Below are positions 10,162 through 19,976 of a stretch of 64,000 nucleotides of DNA, piece after piece. A program made the translations under genes and the position numbers. Origin of the DNA: a virus; IMG/VR virus record IMGVR_UViG_3300025436_000002, positions 64,001 through 128,000 of that record; one strand, 5' to 3'. The number at the start of each line of letters is the position of its first letter. The first letter of the stretch is position 1. Under the pieces are notes generated by a model that ran no database searches, was not told where the DNA came from, and saw only the letters and a list, made by a program, of their open reading frames with translations.

Positions 10162-10866
10162 ATGATGTATCAAGGGAGCAAAAGAATGTTGGCTAAAGAA
10201 CTGATACCTATTATTCTAAAGGATCGAGTAGGGGGTCAATACTATGTAGAACCTTTTGTGGGAGGAGCTAATTTAATACAATTTGTAGATGGAAATTGTA
10301 TTGGAGGGGACTCTAATAAATACGTAATAGCCCATTTGAATAAGATAAAAGAAGATACTTCATGGGTATATGAATCAGCTAAAGACTTTAAACGTGAGAA
10401 TTACTATGAGATAAGAGATAACTTAGATAACTATGAACCTTATCTTATAGGGCATGTAGCTTATAATCTTTCTTTCGGAGGCAAGTGGTTTGGGGGATGG
10501 CAGTCCAATAAGAGAGGAGATGACTTGGTAGCAGCTGGGTATATACATGTTCTTAGACAATCCGAGAAAATAAAGCACATCCATTTTACATGTTGTGAAT
10601 ACTCTGAACTACCCCTCCCATGTAACTCCATAATATACTGTGACCCCCCATATAAGGGAACGGAGAAGTACAAGAATATTCAATTTGATTACGATTTATT
10701 CTACCAATGGTGTATCCAGAAGAGGTCAGAGGGGCATCAAATATTCATCTCAGAGTATGAGATGCCTAGTTATTTTAAGTGTATTTGGGAAAAGCAAGTC
10801 CGTATGGGAATGGATTGTAAAACAAACGGACTTAGAAGAGTTGAGAGACTCTTCACGCTAAAGTAA
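10162..10866 (+). CDS. Dam-like (D12 class) N6-adenine DNA methyltransferase
   Basis: YQGSK, YVEPFVGGA, IYCDPPY, FISEY. Confidence 0.9.
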   Translation: MMYQGSKRMLAKELIPIILKDRVGGQYYVEPFVGGANLIQFVDGNCIGGDSNKYVIAHLNKIKEDTSWVYESAKDFKRENYYEIRDNLDNYEPYLIGHVAYNLSFGGKWFGGWQSNKRGDDLVAAGYIHVLRQSEKIKHIHFTCCEYSELPLPCNSIIYCDPPYKGTEKYKNIQFDYDLFYQWCIQKRSEGHQIFISEYEMPSYFKCIWEKQVRMGMDCKTNGLRRVERLFTLK

Positions 10867-10888
10867 TAAAACTTTACAAAACACCCAC

Positions 10889-10917
10889 TTGACTTCCATT
10901 AAATCATGTGTTATACT
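10889..10917 (+). promoter_or_regulatory. Sigma70-type promoter
   Basis: TTGACT-17-TATACT with extended TG. Confidence 0.7.
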
Positions 10918-10956
10918 AGTTAGGAACGCTTTTATACGAAAATAGAGAGGGCAATA

Positions 10957-11334
10957 ATGGAGAATTTAACAGCGTCTTCAATGCTTCAGGTACAACTTAA
11001 GGATGCTTCTATGGCTTTTGAAAGTTCACTAAGATCAGAACTTACAGATTATAATACAACTATTAAGGACTACGAGCTGAGGATAAACAACAGCCTTGAT
11101 CTTCAGTATCAGGCAACATACTTAGTTAGTATAACAACTAGAATGTTACATCTTAATAAGGAAAACATAAAAGGATCTGATGCTTTGAAGTACCGAAAAG
11201 AGAACGACAACTTACAGACATGGTTGGAATATTATAGAGGTCATGTGTACACTTTCTCATCTCGGGCAAAAGTTTTGAGTGACTTACTAAAGTCAAAATT
11301 ATTATCAAATCCTGATGTCAAGTTTCAACAATAG
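10957..11334 (+). CDS. Hypothetical helical protein in the recombination module
   Basis: ORF with RBS; context only. Confidence 0.5.
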   Translation: MENLTASSMLQVQLKDASMAFESSLRSELTDYNTTIKDYELRINNSLDLQYQATYLVSITTRMLHLNKENIKGSDALKYRKENDNLQTWLEYYRGHVYTFSSRAKVLSDLLKSKLLSNPDVKFQQ

Positions 11335-11348
11335 AGAGGATTTAGAAT

Positions 11349-11663
11349 ATGAGACCAACTCCCGAATATTATCGTAGAATCCAAGAAGAGTTAGCAAGTT
11401 TAGGTATCTATCTGGATAGTAGGGATATATTTGCTTTAGTTAAGATAGTTCTGGGAAGTTTATTCGATACTGTAAAAAGTACTGAGAGTAAGGTATACAT
11501 AGGAGGTAATAAAGATATAGTTGTAAGTCCCTATATACGAGGAATTAAAGTAATATTTAATAAGGGGTATAGGAATACAAAGAAGATTATTCGCATGACT
11601 GATGCTACAAGTATAAGAGTATTTGATCATATGTTTTCAGAAGTGTTTGATAAGTTTAAGTAG
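11349..11663 (+). CDS. Hypothetical protein (weak HU/IHF-like pattern)
   Basis: Helix-helix-beta pattern judged by eye; weak. Confidence 0.35.
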   Translation: MRPTPEYYRRIQEELASLGIYLDSRDIFALVKIVLGSLFDTVKSTESKVYIGGNKDIVVSPYIRGIKVIFNKGYRNTKKIIRMTDATSIRVFDHMFSEVFDKFK

Positions 11664-11687
11664 TAATAGTGAAGAGGAGATTTTAAC

Positions 11688-12479
11688 ATGGCATTTGGAA
11701 AAGATTTTAAATTCGGAGAAAAGACTACAGGAAACGGTGTTCCTAAGTTTAAGCTAGTTGACGGAGAGAATAAGTTTATCACGATACTGGATATAAATGA
11801 CACTATAGTATCTAGAACTCACTACATTCAACCCTTAGGATATTTCAACTGTTGGCAAACCATAGATGACGATGGAATTGTAAAACAAGGAAGTTGTTGT
11901 AAAGCAATAGGAAGCCTACCCGACGGTAATCCTAAATGTGGTGAGAAGTTAATCCTTCCAGTAGCAATATATACCCCAACGGGTAAGAATACATGTGCTC
12001 CTCCAGTACAATTTGCAAGACTTGAACTGACCTCTAAAGCATATGATCAACTTGTGAGAGCCTTGGAAGAGGAAGAAGTTACCATAGAGGAAGCAGTTAC
12101 TAAAGTAATAAAGGTAACTGGAGTCGCTTCGGGTACTGGAAAATTTGCCCACGTCGCTATGGAGTTTAGGGTTAAGGGAACAAGTCTTATTAAATCAGAT
12201 CCATCTCTTAAGGTACAAGCTCAAGAGTTCTTAGCTAAATACAATGAGACAATTAAAGATTCTTTAGGTAAAACTATAACCGAGGCTAAATTATTTGAGT
12301 TGATAGATGATTTGAATATAGTTGAAGGAGAGATAACTGAGAATGAACCAAACACAGCTCCTAAAACACAAAACCTTCCCGATGAAAAAATGAATTTTCC
12401 AGTTATCGAAGAGGACGAGTTTGACTATGACGGTATAGATTTGAACTCAGTACTTGATGATGAATTTATGAATGATTAG
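11688..12479 (+). CDS. Putative single-stranded DNA-binding protein
   Basis: Very acidic C-terminal tail, His/Cys cluster, adjacent to RuvC and RecA. Confidence 0.6.
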   Translation: MAFGKDFKFGEKTTGNGVPKFKLVDGENKFITILDINDTIVSRTHYIQPLGYFNCWQTIDDDGIVKQGSCCKAIGSLPDGNPKCGEKLILPVAIYTPTGKNTCAPPVQFARLELTSKAYDQLVRALEEEEVTIEEAVTKVIKVTGVASGTGKFAHVAMEFRVKGTSLIKSDPSLKVQAQEFLAKYNETIKDSLGKTITEAKLFELIDDLNIVEGEITENEPNTAPKTQNLPDEKMNFPVIEEDEFDYDGIDLNSVLDDEFMND

Positions 12480-12494
12480 TTGAAGTGTTAAGAG

Positions 12495-12519
12495 TGGGAA
12501 GATTTTAATCTTCCCACAC
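12495..12519 (+). terminator. Hairpin (possible terminator)
   Basis: GTGGGAAGAT-TTTA-ATCTTCCCAC. Confidence 0.5.
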
Positions 12520-12543
12520 ATTCCCCACCATTAAGGAGATTAG

Positions 12544-13059
12544 ATGGGTGTAATCAAAATGTACGGTGGAATTGATCCTGGATTTTCGGGGGCTATTGGA
12601 ATTATAGATGATAAGTGCAACTTAATAGATGTAATACCATGTCCACTCCTTATCATAAAGACAGGTAAGAAGAAGATTGTAAATCTTAAAAAAGTAGAAG
12701 AGACTAGAAAAAGAGTAGATGGAACTAAGTTAGCAGAGATACTAAGACCCTATACTAAAGTTAAATTTGTAATAGAACATTCGCAGAGTATGCCAGGTCA
12801 AGGTGGAGTATCCATATTCAATTATGGAGAGGGGTATGGAGTCTATCGAGGAGTGTTAGAAACATTAGGAATAGACTATATAGAAGTGAGTGCACCAGTC
12901 TGGAAAAGTAAAATGAAACTCAACAGTGATAAGTACCTTTCGATAGCTATGGCTCAAGAATTGATACCTAGCTGTAAGGATAAAGTTAAGTTAAGAAAAG
13001 ATGACGGGAAAGCAGAAGCATGCTTGCTAGCCCTGTACCTAAAAGAATTTGTAAAATAA
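12544..13059 (+). CDS. RuvC-like Holliday junction resolvase
   Basis: GIDPGFSGA, VIEH, FNYGEGYG, WKSKM, DGKAEA. Confidence 0.85.
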   Translation: MGVIKMYGGIDPGFSGAIGIIDDKCNLIDVIPCPLLIIKTGKKKIVNLKKVEETRKRVDGTKLAEILRPYTKVKFVIEHSQSMPGQGGVSIFNYGEGYGVYRGVLETLGIDYIEVSAPVWKSKMKLNSDKYLSIAMAQELIPSCKDKVKLRKDDGKAEACLLALYLKEFVK

Positions 13060-13073
13060 AGAGGAGACTAGGA

Positions 13074-14222
13074 ATGGCTAAAGCTAAAGCTAAAACTACA
13101 ACAAACAATTATAGAGCCGATATATCTATGAGTGATGAAGACTTTCTCAATGAGTATGTCTTTGGGGATGTCGATAAGAAACTTAAGGAAGTTGATATCC
13201 CTCCGATAGAGACAGGTCTAATTCCTTTAGATATAATACTTCATGGAGGAATTCGTCTCGGAGATATTATAATGTTCTACTCTGGAGAAGGAGTTGGTAA
13301 GTCTACAATATGTCTTCAGTTGTCAAGAAAAATGATAGAGAAACACAATAAGAAAGTATTGTATATAGATGTTGAATCTGGGGTAAGAAATCAAATAGAA
13401 GATTTTAAACTCAAGAAACATCTAGAGGATAGAAATTTTAACTACATTGATAGACTTAAATCTGTAGATGAGATTGAAAAACTATTTGATGGTATATTAG
13501 CTAAGAAGGAGTTGCCTTTTGATGTACTGATATTAGATTCTATATCTAACGTAATTCCCTCAACTCTATTAACTCGTTCTGTCGTAGACCCTATGATGGC
13601 AGGACAAGCTAAAGAGATAACATCATTACTTCAAAAGTATAGAGTACTCTTTAAAGAAAGAGGAATTATTTTCTTAATAATTAACCAAGAGAGAGCTAAC
13701 TTAAAAGCTCAAACAAAATATGATCCAGCTTTTAAAGTAGCAGGATGTAAGGCGATAGTTTACACACCCGATGTAACTATTAAGTTATCTAATGGGGAGC
13801 CTATCAAAGAGAATAGAAAGACAATAAATGGTATAGAGGAGATTGAGGTAGGTCGTTTCTTAAAAGCAGTTGCTATTAAGAATAGAAAAGGTAACGGCAA
13901 GATAACTGTACAATTCCCTATAAGATTCGGAGCAGGTATTTCAAATGTAATGTTCTTAGCTAAGATGTTGAAAGATAAAGGGTATGTTAAAACAGCAGGG
14001 GCGTATACTAAAACTTCATTACTTCCTAACCCTAAAGGAGGGGAGTGGAGTCTAAAAGGTAAGGCAGGTCTTGAGGAGTGGGTAGATCAAAACTATGACG
14101 CTATAAATGCTATACTAAAATCAGAGGGGGCATTTGAGTTAATGATATCAAAAGATGTATTAGATGTTACAGATGAAGAAGTGACTGTAGAAAATGATGA
14201 CGATTTCGTAGTTAACTTTTAG
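13074..14222 (+). CDS. recA: RecA/UvsX-like recombinase
   Basis: TGLIPLDIILHGGI, GEGVGKST, YIDVE, ILDSI, INQER, KNR. Confidence 0.9.
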   Translation: MAKAKAKTTTNNYRADISMSDEDFLNEYVFGDVDKKLKEVDIPPIETGLIPLDIILHGGIRLGDIIMFYSGEGVGKSTICLQLSRKMIEKHNKKVLYIDVESGVRNQIEDFKLKKHLEDRNFNYIDRLKSVDEIEKLFDGILAKKELPFDVLILDSISNVIPSTLLTRSVVDPMMAGQAKEITSLLQKYRVLFKERGIIFLIINQERANLKAQTKYDPAFKVAGCKAIVYTPDVTIKLSNGEPIKENRKTINGIEEIEVGRFLKAVAIKNRKGNGKITVQFPIRFGAGISNVMFLAKMLKDKGYVKTAGAYTKTSLLPNPKGGEWSLKGKAGLEEWVDQNYDAINAILKSEGAFELMISKDVLDVTDEEVTVENDDDFVVNF

Positions 14223-14252
14223 GAGTAGATAGTCGATAAAAAGAAGGAGAAT

Positions 14253-14510
14253 ATGAATATGACTTTGACTAAAGAAATGGTAAAGATTGAGAAGAAAGAA
14301 GGAACTACGGAAACTTATCTAATAGTTCTAGAAGGAGAGGAGCAACCTCGTGATGTGATAGCAGAGGTTCATAGTACTATGGATACATTAATGTTCACAT
14401 ACTTCATAGAGAAAGCCTTGACTGAGGATATCTTCGGAACAGATGAGTTCAAGAATTATATCATTGAGTCTAGTGCCAAGTTTCCATTTTTAACGATACC
14501 GACAGAATAG
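14253..14510 (+). CDS. Hypothetical protein
   Basis: ORF with GGAG RBS. Confidence 0.55.
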   Translation: MNMTLTKEMVKIEKKEGTTETYLIVLEGEEQPRDVIAEVHSTMDTLMFTYFIEKALTEDIFGTDEFKNYIIESSAKFPFLTIPTE

Positions 14511-14527
14511 GGGAAGGGGAAAATATA

Positions 14528-14818
14528 ATGAGACTGCATTTTGTATTATCCCTAATGTATGTAGTAGAAAGTATTCGTAGAAGATCTACAGAGATACAAG
14601 AGGCACTAACAATAGTAAGGGATGATCTAGTTTTGGGTATTGATCGAGGCAGTCATGTGGATACAAAAGAGAGGATGATACATATTTTCAAAAATCCTTC
14701 ATCAGTTCAAAGAATGCCGATAGATAAAAAAGAGATAGACGGAGCAGTAGCTTTGGTTGGTGAAGATTTAGAATCAAAATTTAAAGAGTACGAAGAATAC
14801 ATAGAATTCAAAGAGTGA
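14528..14818 (+). CDS. Hypothetical protein
   Basis: ORF within operon. Confidence 0.5.
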   Translation: MRLHFVLSLMYVVESIRRRSTEIQEALTIVRDDLVLGIDRGSHVDTKERMIHIFKNPSSVQRMPIDKKEIDGAVALVGEDLESKFKEYEEYIEFKE

Positions 14819-14993
14819 GGAAGGTGCAATGAAATTAGGTAGAATAAAATTAATATTATTAAAGAGATCATTGAAGGTGGTTAAAGTACTCATAACTAAT
14901 TTAAAGCATATAAGAAACTTACTAAAGAAACTCATTGACAAATTAGAAGGTACGGAATTTCCAGATTAGAATCTAAAGTTAAAATAAATAGAT

Positions 14994-15022
14994 AAAGTCT
15001 AGCTAAGGGGCTAGACTTTTTA
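14994..15022 (+). terminator. Intrinsic terminator
   Basis: AAAGTCTAGC-TAAGGG-GCTAGACTTT followed by T tract. Confidence 0.65.
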
Positions 15023-15060
15023 TTAGGAATGTGCTACAATGATTCTGAAGGAGAACTAGT

Positions 15061-16170
15061 TTGAAGATAAAAATATCAAATTTCCAAAGTATAAAAAGTG
15101 CCCGACTTTATTTTCCTCAAGGAGTCACCACCATAGTAGGACCTTCGAATTCGGGCAAGACCTCAATCATCAGGGCGTTGACGTGTGTACTTACAAATAG
15201 CTCCGACGCTAAATCGTTTATTAAGCATGGGGAGGATAAGACAGAAGTTACATTGAATGACGATAAACTTAATGTTACTTGGTCTAGGACGACTAAGGGG
15301 TCATTCTACGAGATAAAAGGAGAGTTACATCAGAAGGTAGGTAAGACAGACCTATTCGATCTCGTAGAGGATACAGGATTTCTTAGAGATGATGAAGGTA
15401 ACATAATAAACATACAAGACGAGTGGTCTATACTGTTCCCTTTTGATAGAAACCCAGCTCAGATGTATAAACTGTTTGAAAGTACTTTCTCTATAAATAA
15501 TTCATCAGAAGTATTAAAGTATATAAAGGATGATGAAACTTCTCGTAGAAGATTAATAACTGGACATAGTACGGAGTTAAAAAAGAACACTGATAAGTTA
15601 TCTAAGGTGACTCAATTCATAGAAGAGAATCCACTCCAATCATTACATAAGAAGAAGGAAGAACTAACTCAGATAGCTATCAAGTACACAAGTATGAATA
15701 ACGATATGAATATAGTAACAGAAGGTATTAAAACTTTAAATAAGTTGAAGACGCTAGAAAGAAAACAGTTTGATTTATCAGGCATGTCTAAGCTAGTTTC
15801 GTTAGATAAGGATATAAAATATATAGACGGCTACGAAAAGGTAGCAAACTTTAACGAAGAGATAGTTAGGTTTGATTTATCTGGAATCGATAAGCTAGGA
15901 GATATTGATAAGGACATCAAATACATAGAGTCAAATAGTAAGCTTATAGATTTAGATATACCTATTCAGAGATTTGATTTCTCAAAGATAAGTAACTTGA
16001 ATGAATTAAACCATGACCTAGAAGACTTAGCAAAGTTAATAGGCAGTCATCAGAAGTTAAAAGAGAATATAAGGATAGCTACGGATAAGAAGATTGAATT
16101 AGAAAAGAAACTGTCAAGTATTAAGGTATGTCCGTTATGTAGTCAAAGTATAAGTAAGGGGGTAGCATGA
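15061..16170 (+). CDS. SbcC/Rad50/gp46-like ATPase, N-terminal half
   Basis: ISNFQSI, Walker A GPSNSGKTS, coiled coil, terminal CPLC zinc hook. Confidence 0.85.
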   Translation: MKIKISNFQSIKSARLYFPQGVTTIVGPSNSGKTSIIRALTCVLTNSSDAKSFIKHGEDKTEVTLNDDKLNVTWSRTTKGSFYEIKGELHQKVGKTDLFDLVEDTGFLRDDEGNIINIQDEWSILFPFDRNPAQMYKLFESTFSINNSSEVLKYIKDDETSRRRLITGHSTELKKNTDKLSKVTQFIEENPLQSLHKKKEELTQIAIKYTSMNNDMNIVTEGIKTLNKLKTLERKQFDLSGMSKLVSLDKDIKYIDGYEKVANFNEEIVRFDLSGIDKLGDIDKDIKYIESNSKLIDLDIPIQRFDFSKISNLNELNHDLEDLAKLIGSHQKLKENIRIATDKKIELEKKLSSIKVCPLCSQSISKGVA

Positions 16171-16436
16171 ACATAGATGTAAAAGAGTTCGAAGCATTGA
16201 AGAAGGAATTAGAATCCACATATAATGATATAACAAGTATGGAAGCCACAGCTAAGGTAGTAGCTTCTAATGTTAAAGAGAAACTTATGAAGCATGGAGT
16301 TAAGACTCCGCAGGAGTTAAAGAAGTTAAGGGATGATTTAAGTGAGCATGTGTCCGAGGAGTTTAGAAAAGCTAAGGAATATCTTAAAGAAGTTCAGCCT
16401 AAGATAGCAGAAGTTAAGAATGATTTGATTTCATAA
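16167..16436 (+). CDS. Coiled-coil hypothetical protein
   Basis: ATGA-coupled to the SbcC N-half; helical. Confidence 0.6.
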   Translation: MNIDVKEFEALKKELESTYNDITSMEATAKVVASNVKEKLMKHGVKTPQELKKLRDDLSEHVSEEFRKAKEYLKEVQPKIAEVKNDLIS

Positions 16437-16442
16437 GGAGGT

Positions 16443-16997
16443 GTGTTGATAATGGTAATTAAAGGATGTTCCTACTGTAATCATAACCATGTTATTGGGT
16501 ATGGCTATCAGTACTGTTGCTGTAGAACATGTGTGTGTTATAGCAACTTTGACAGTGATGGTTATAAGTTTAGTTATGTACGATCCGATAGTCAACTTAA
16601 AGATAATCATGAGCTTACAAAACCAAGAACATTTAACATATCATCAGAGCATGTTGAAGTAGTGAAACAGGAACTCTCTAAAAAAGAAGTCTTGGAAAAA
16701 AGACTTAATGACCTATCTGAGATGATAGAGAGCGTACGACTACCTGAGGGATTTTCAGGAGTCAATCCATACATTGAGTACTTTGAAAGTGAAATTAACT
16801 CCCTAAAAAATAAGATATTAGACTACTCTCAACCTAGTTTATATGGCGATGATTTCTACATAGATGATGAAGAAGAGATTAAGAGGAGCGAGATCCAAAA
16901 AGTAGATCCTAGTAGAATAGTAGCTACAAGTATAATATTAAAAGACATGGGATTTTGGGGGAGTGCTTTAGCACGTTTGAAAGGATTCTATCGATGA
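16443..16997 (+). CDS. Cys-rich hypothetical protein
   Basis: N-terminal Cys cluster; ORF within operon. Confidence 0.5.
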   Translation: MLIMVIKGCSYCNHNHVIGYGYQYCCCRTCVCYSNFDSDGYKFSYVRSDSQLKDNHELTKPRTFNISSEHVEVVKQELSKKEVLEKRLNDLSEMIESVRLPEGFSGVNPYIEYFESEINSLKNKILDYSQPSLYGDDFYIDDEEEIKRSEIQKVDPSRIVATSIILKDMGFWGSALARLKGFYR

Positions 16998-17638
16998 ACA
17001 ACCAAGAAGTGATAGACACTTTATCATATACTATTAAGATGTATGAGGATTTCGAGAACTACTCTAAGAAGTTTCAATTTACTATTGAAACATTGGAGAC
17101 TACGATTAAAGTAGAGGAAGCTGAGTTAAAGATAGTGCAGGACTCAGCAGTGTACTATAAGAAATCCCAAGATATACTCTATGAAAAAAGTATAGGAGCT
17201 TTAAAAGAATTAATAAACTCTGCTCTAAGATTTGTATTTTATGATAAGAACTATGAGATAGACATAGACTTAGAAGACAAGCGGGGGACTAAGAATTTAT
17301 CTTTTAGCGTTATAGATTTAGATAATGGAGGCTTTAAGGTTAGTTTAAGGAATGGATGTGGCAACGGAGTTCGTTCCGTAGTCTCAGTAGTCCTCAACTT
17401 ATTTGTCCTTATAAACGCTGGGAGCACTAAACTAATACTCGATGAGAAGTATTCTAATTTAAGCGTCGATTACCTTCAAAACCTATTTACATTCATAGAC
17501 AAAATTTGTATTAGTAACCAGTTTAAGATTGTACTTATAACACATGATGAAAGGTTTTTAGAGTTCGCTAACAGATCGTATCGTGTGGTTGATGGGAAGG
17601 TTGAGTTAGTTATGGGAGAGGAGGTATCTATTGAATAA
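16994..17638 (+). CDS. SbcC/Rad50-like ATPase, C-terminal half
   Basis: Signature-like GCGNG, Walker B LILDE, H-loop VLITHD. Confidence 0.8.
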   Translation: MNNQEVIDTLSYTIKMYEDFENYSKKFQFTIETLETTIKVEEAELKIVQDSAVYYKKSQDILYEKSIGALKELINSALRFVFYDKNYEIDIDLEDKRGTKNLSFSVIDLDNGGFKVSLRNGCGNGVRSVVSVVLNLFVLINAGSTKLILDEKYSNLSVDYLQNLFTFIDKICISNQFKIVLITHDERFLEFANRSYRVVDGKVELVMGEEVSIE

Positions 17639-17870
17639 CGTAAGGGAAAAGATGATATTGATTAAGACAATACTAGTGTCATCTACGTATGAACCTTCTA
17701 TAAGCTACTTGATAGAAGTGGTAGATACTATACTATTTGATTTAGAGGATATAGACGGCATAAGACTTTTCTGCATTGACGTAAGCTCCCTGCTACTAGA
17801 TAACCATATTCCAAAAGAACTTAGAAGAGATTTAGGTTTAATATTAGAAATTCTAGGAGACATAGAATAA
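17631..17870 (+). CDS. Hypothetical protein
   Basis: Overlap-coupled ORF. Confidence 0.45.
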   Translation: MNNVREKMILIKTILVSSTYEPSISYLIEVVDTILFDLEDIDGIRLFCIDVSSLLLDNHIPKELRRDLGLILEILGDIE

Positions 17871-18071
17871 ATGGATGAGTTTGATAAAACAGTAGAGACT
17901 ATTAGGGAGGAGTTACGTTCCTCAAGCTCGATAACATTCTTCTGCAATGAATGCAAAATTAGATTTACTTTTGATTGGGATGAGGATCCTACAACTTCAT
18001 CAGGAGGTTGTATGGGCTGCGGGAGCTCTAATTGGGTAGTAAGAGATTGTTATGGAGACGTTGCATACTAG
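17871..18071 (+). CDS. Small zinc-ribbon protein
   Basis: CNEC...CMGC. Confidence 0.55.
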   Translation: MDEFDKTVETIREELRSSSSITFFCNECKIRFTFDWDEDPTTSSGGCMGCGSSNWVVRDCYGDVAY

Positions 18072-18082
18072 AAAGGAATACT

Positions 18083-18970
18083 ATGACTTTTGAATCGATA
18101 GTGGTAGTCGGAGATTTACATTTAAGAACAGACCCGCCCCGTTCCAGAATAGATAATTACTTTGACACCTGTATGCATAAGATAGATATGTTAATGGAAA
18201 GACATAAATATGTTATCATACTTGGCGACTTCTTTGATAAGTCGGGCATGCCTGTTGAAGGATTGAATGAGACGATAGATAGGTTATCAAGATACTCTGG
18301 GAGACTATATTCAATCCTAGGAAACCATGATGCACACTATAGAACATTAAATCTTAATAAGACATCGTTAGGACTACTCAACAAGATAGGGATAGTTCAA
18401 CTAAAACTAGATACTTTCTCAATAGAAGGTCTATCTTTCGATGTAGCTTCAGTAGTTCCTAAGCTGGAACTGCCCGAGAAGAAATCTGAAATACTATTAG
18501 GACACTTCTTCCTAGAGAATACTAGAACTCCTCAAGAGAGTTTGGATAGAAAGGAACTACTTGACTATAAATATGTTGTGCTAGGTCATGAACACTGTCC
18601 TCATGAACCCATCCAAGCAGGGGATACTACGATCTTTAGGAACGGGTCTCTCACTAGAAAAGATGCGGACGAAGATAACCTACAAAGAAACTCTATAGTT
18701 TACTTAGAGTTTAGTTACAATGGGGACGTTTCATTAAGAGACCTTAAAATAGCTGACCCCAATCTTGTATTTACTCCTGAGTCCTTTAGCAAGCCTAAGT
18801 CAAAAATAATATGTGATTTTAGTAACTTAGAATTATTAATGCAGAATATACAAGAAGGCAAGTCTAAGAGTAACATGTCTACTAGAGAAGTATTGATAAC
18901 CATGAAAGCCAGTGAATCATGCATTTGTTATTTAGCAAAAATCCATGAAGAACTTGGATTCTACTATTGA
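18083..18970 (+). CDS. SbcD/Mre11/gp47-like nuclease
   Basis: GDLH, LGDFFD, GNHD, LGHEH, GSLTR. Confidence 0.88.
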   Translation: MTFESIVVVGDLHLRTDPPRSRIDNYFDTCMHKIDMLMERHKYVIILGDFFDKSGMPVEGLNETIDRLSRYSGRLYSILGNHDAHYRTLNLNKTSLGLLNKIGIVQLKLDTFSIEGLSFDVASVVPKLELPEKKSEILLGHFFLENTRTPQESLDRKELLDYKYVVLGHEHCPHEPIQAGDTTIFRNGSLTRKDADEDNLQRNSIVYLEFSYNGDVSLRDLKIADPNLVFTPESFSKPKSKIICDFSNLELLMQNIQEGKSKSNMSTREVLITMKASESCICYLAKIHEELGFYY

Positions 18971-19030
18971 CATATTAAATAGAATATGTTATACTTATCA
19001 GAAGATGTTAGTATTTAAAGGAGAACTCCT

Positions 19031-19321
19031 GTGGAAAAGAAGACTATAGACTTAAAAAATAAAGCTAAGAGGATTCTAAAAAGTATTAAGACTAAAGGAA
19101 TCTCATACTGCATCACTAAGGAAGTCAACCTCCTAAATGATTGTCATTACGAAGAACATATTTTCTATGTTAAAGCTAAAGATTATTTCCTAGTTCAGAG
19201 GATTGATTGGGAAAAGTTTCCGTTAGGTGGAGTCAAGGGAAGTAACCAGTTTAGTAAAGAAACCGAAGAAGACTTATTAGACTTAATAGAGATGAAGTTA
19301 GAAGATGAATTAGTTAAATAG
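19031..19321 (+). CDS. Hypothetical protein
   Basis: Follows TTGACA-17-TATACT promoter (18967-18995). Confidence 0.55.
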   Translation: MEKKTIDLKNKAKRILKSIKTKGISYCITKEVNLLNDCHYEEHIFYVKAKDYFLVQRIDWEKFPLGGVKGSNQFSKETEEDLLDLIEMKLEDELVK

Positions 19322-19330
19322 GAGTCTTAC

Positions 19331-19702
19331 ATGTCAAACAAAGAGAGAAGGATGGATAAACTAAATCCTAAGAAGGTAGTAAAGAATAAGCCTAAAAATG
19401 AAGAGAAGGTTACAAACCACATAGTTAATTATGGAATTCAACAACATGAAGAATACGAGCTCTTCTTAGAGCTAGAGAAACGATATAAGAAAAAAGTAAC
19501 TAAGTTTGATTGGAATAGATTTAAGTTAGACGTTAAAACTTTCTTTCTAATGTGTCTCCCCTTAGGTTTATATATTTGGGTATTAAAGAATAAGACAACT
19601 ACAAGATTGACTAACTATGCGGGGATATTGGGTACAGCACCTGTGGCTTATCCAGTACATAATGGCGTAATTCTTGTTGACCTCAACAGAATGTCTGTGT
19701 AA
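19331..19702 (+). CDS. Hypothetical protein, possible single membrane segment
   Basis: FFLMCLPLGLYIWVL. Confidence 0.5.
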   Translation: MSNKERRMDKLNPKKVVKNKPKNEEKVTNHIVNYGIQQHEEYELFLELEKRYKKKVTKFDWNRFKLDVKTFFLMCLPLGLYIWVLKNKTTTRLTNYAGILGTAPVAYPVHNGVILVDLNRMSV

Positions 19703-19730
19703 TAGCCTAGTAGACTAAGGAGTCTAAGAT

Positions 19731-19976
19731 ATGAGATTAGAATTTGAAGAATTTTTTAACAAAGATATCCTAGTATTCTCCGATAAAGATAGATGTAGAT
19801 ATTGTCTGCATAGTGATAAGTGTCCATTAATCCACGCACTGGATAATTATTACATAGTTAGTACTGATGGAAAAGATATACCTACTCGAGACTTTTGTGA
19901 ACTGTACGAGCCTAATGACCTAGTAATGAAGTTGGAGAAGGATTTAACTAAAGGAAAGAAAACAAGAGAGAGATAG
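19731..19976 (+). CDS. Cys-containing hypothetical protein
   Basis: ORF with GGAG RBS. Confidence 0.5.
   Translation: MRLEFEEFFNKDILVFSDKDRCRYCLHSDKCPLIHALDNYYIVSTDGKDIPTRDFCELYEPNDLVMKLEKDLTKGKKTRER

Noticed and set aside
10640-10861. Alternative-frame 73-aa ORF within the Dam methylase
   Set aside because: Fully nested in a conserved gene, with no evident RBS or motif.
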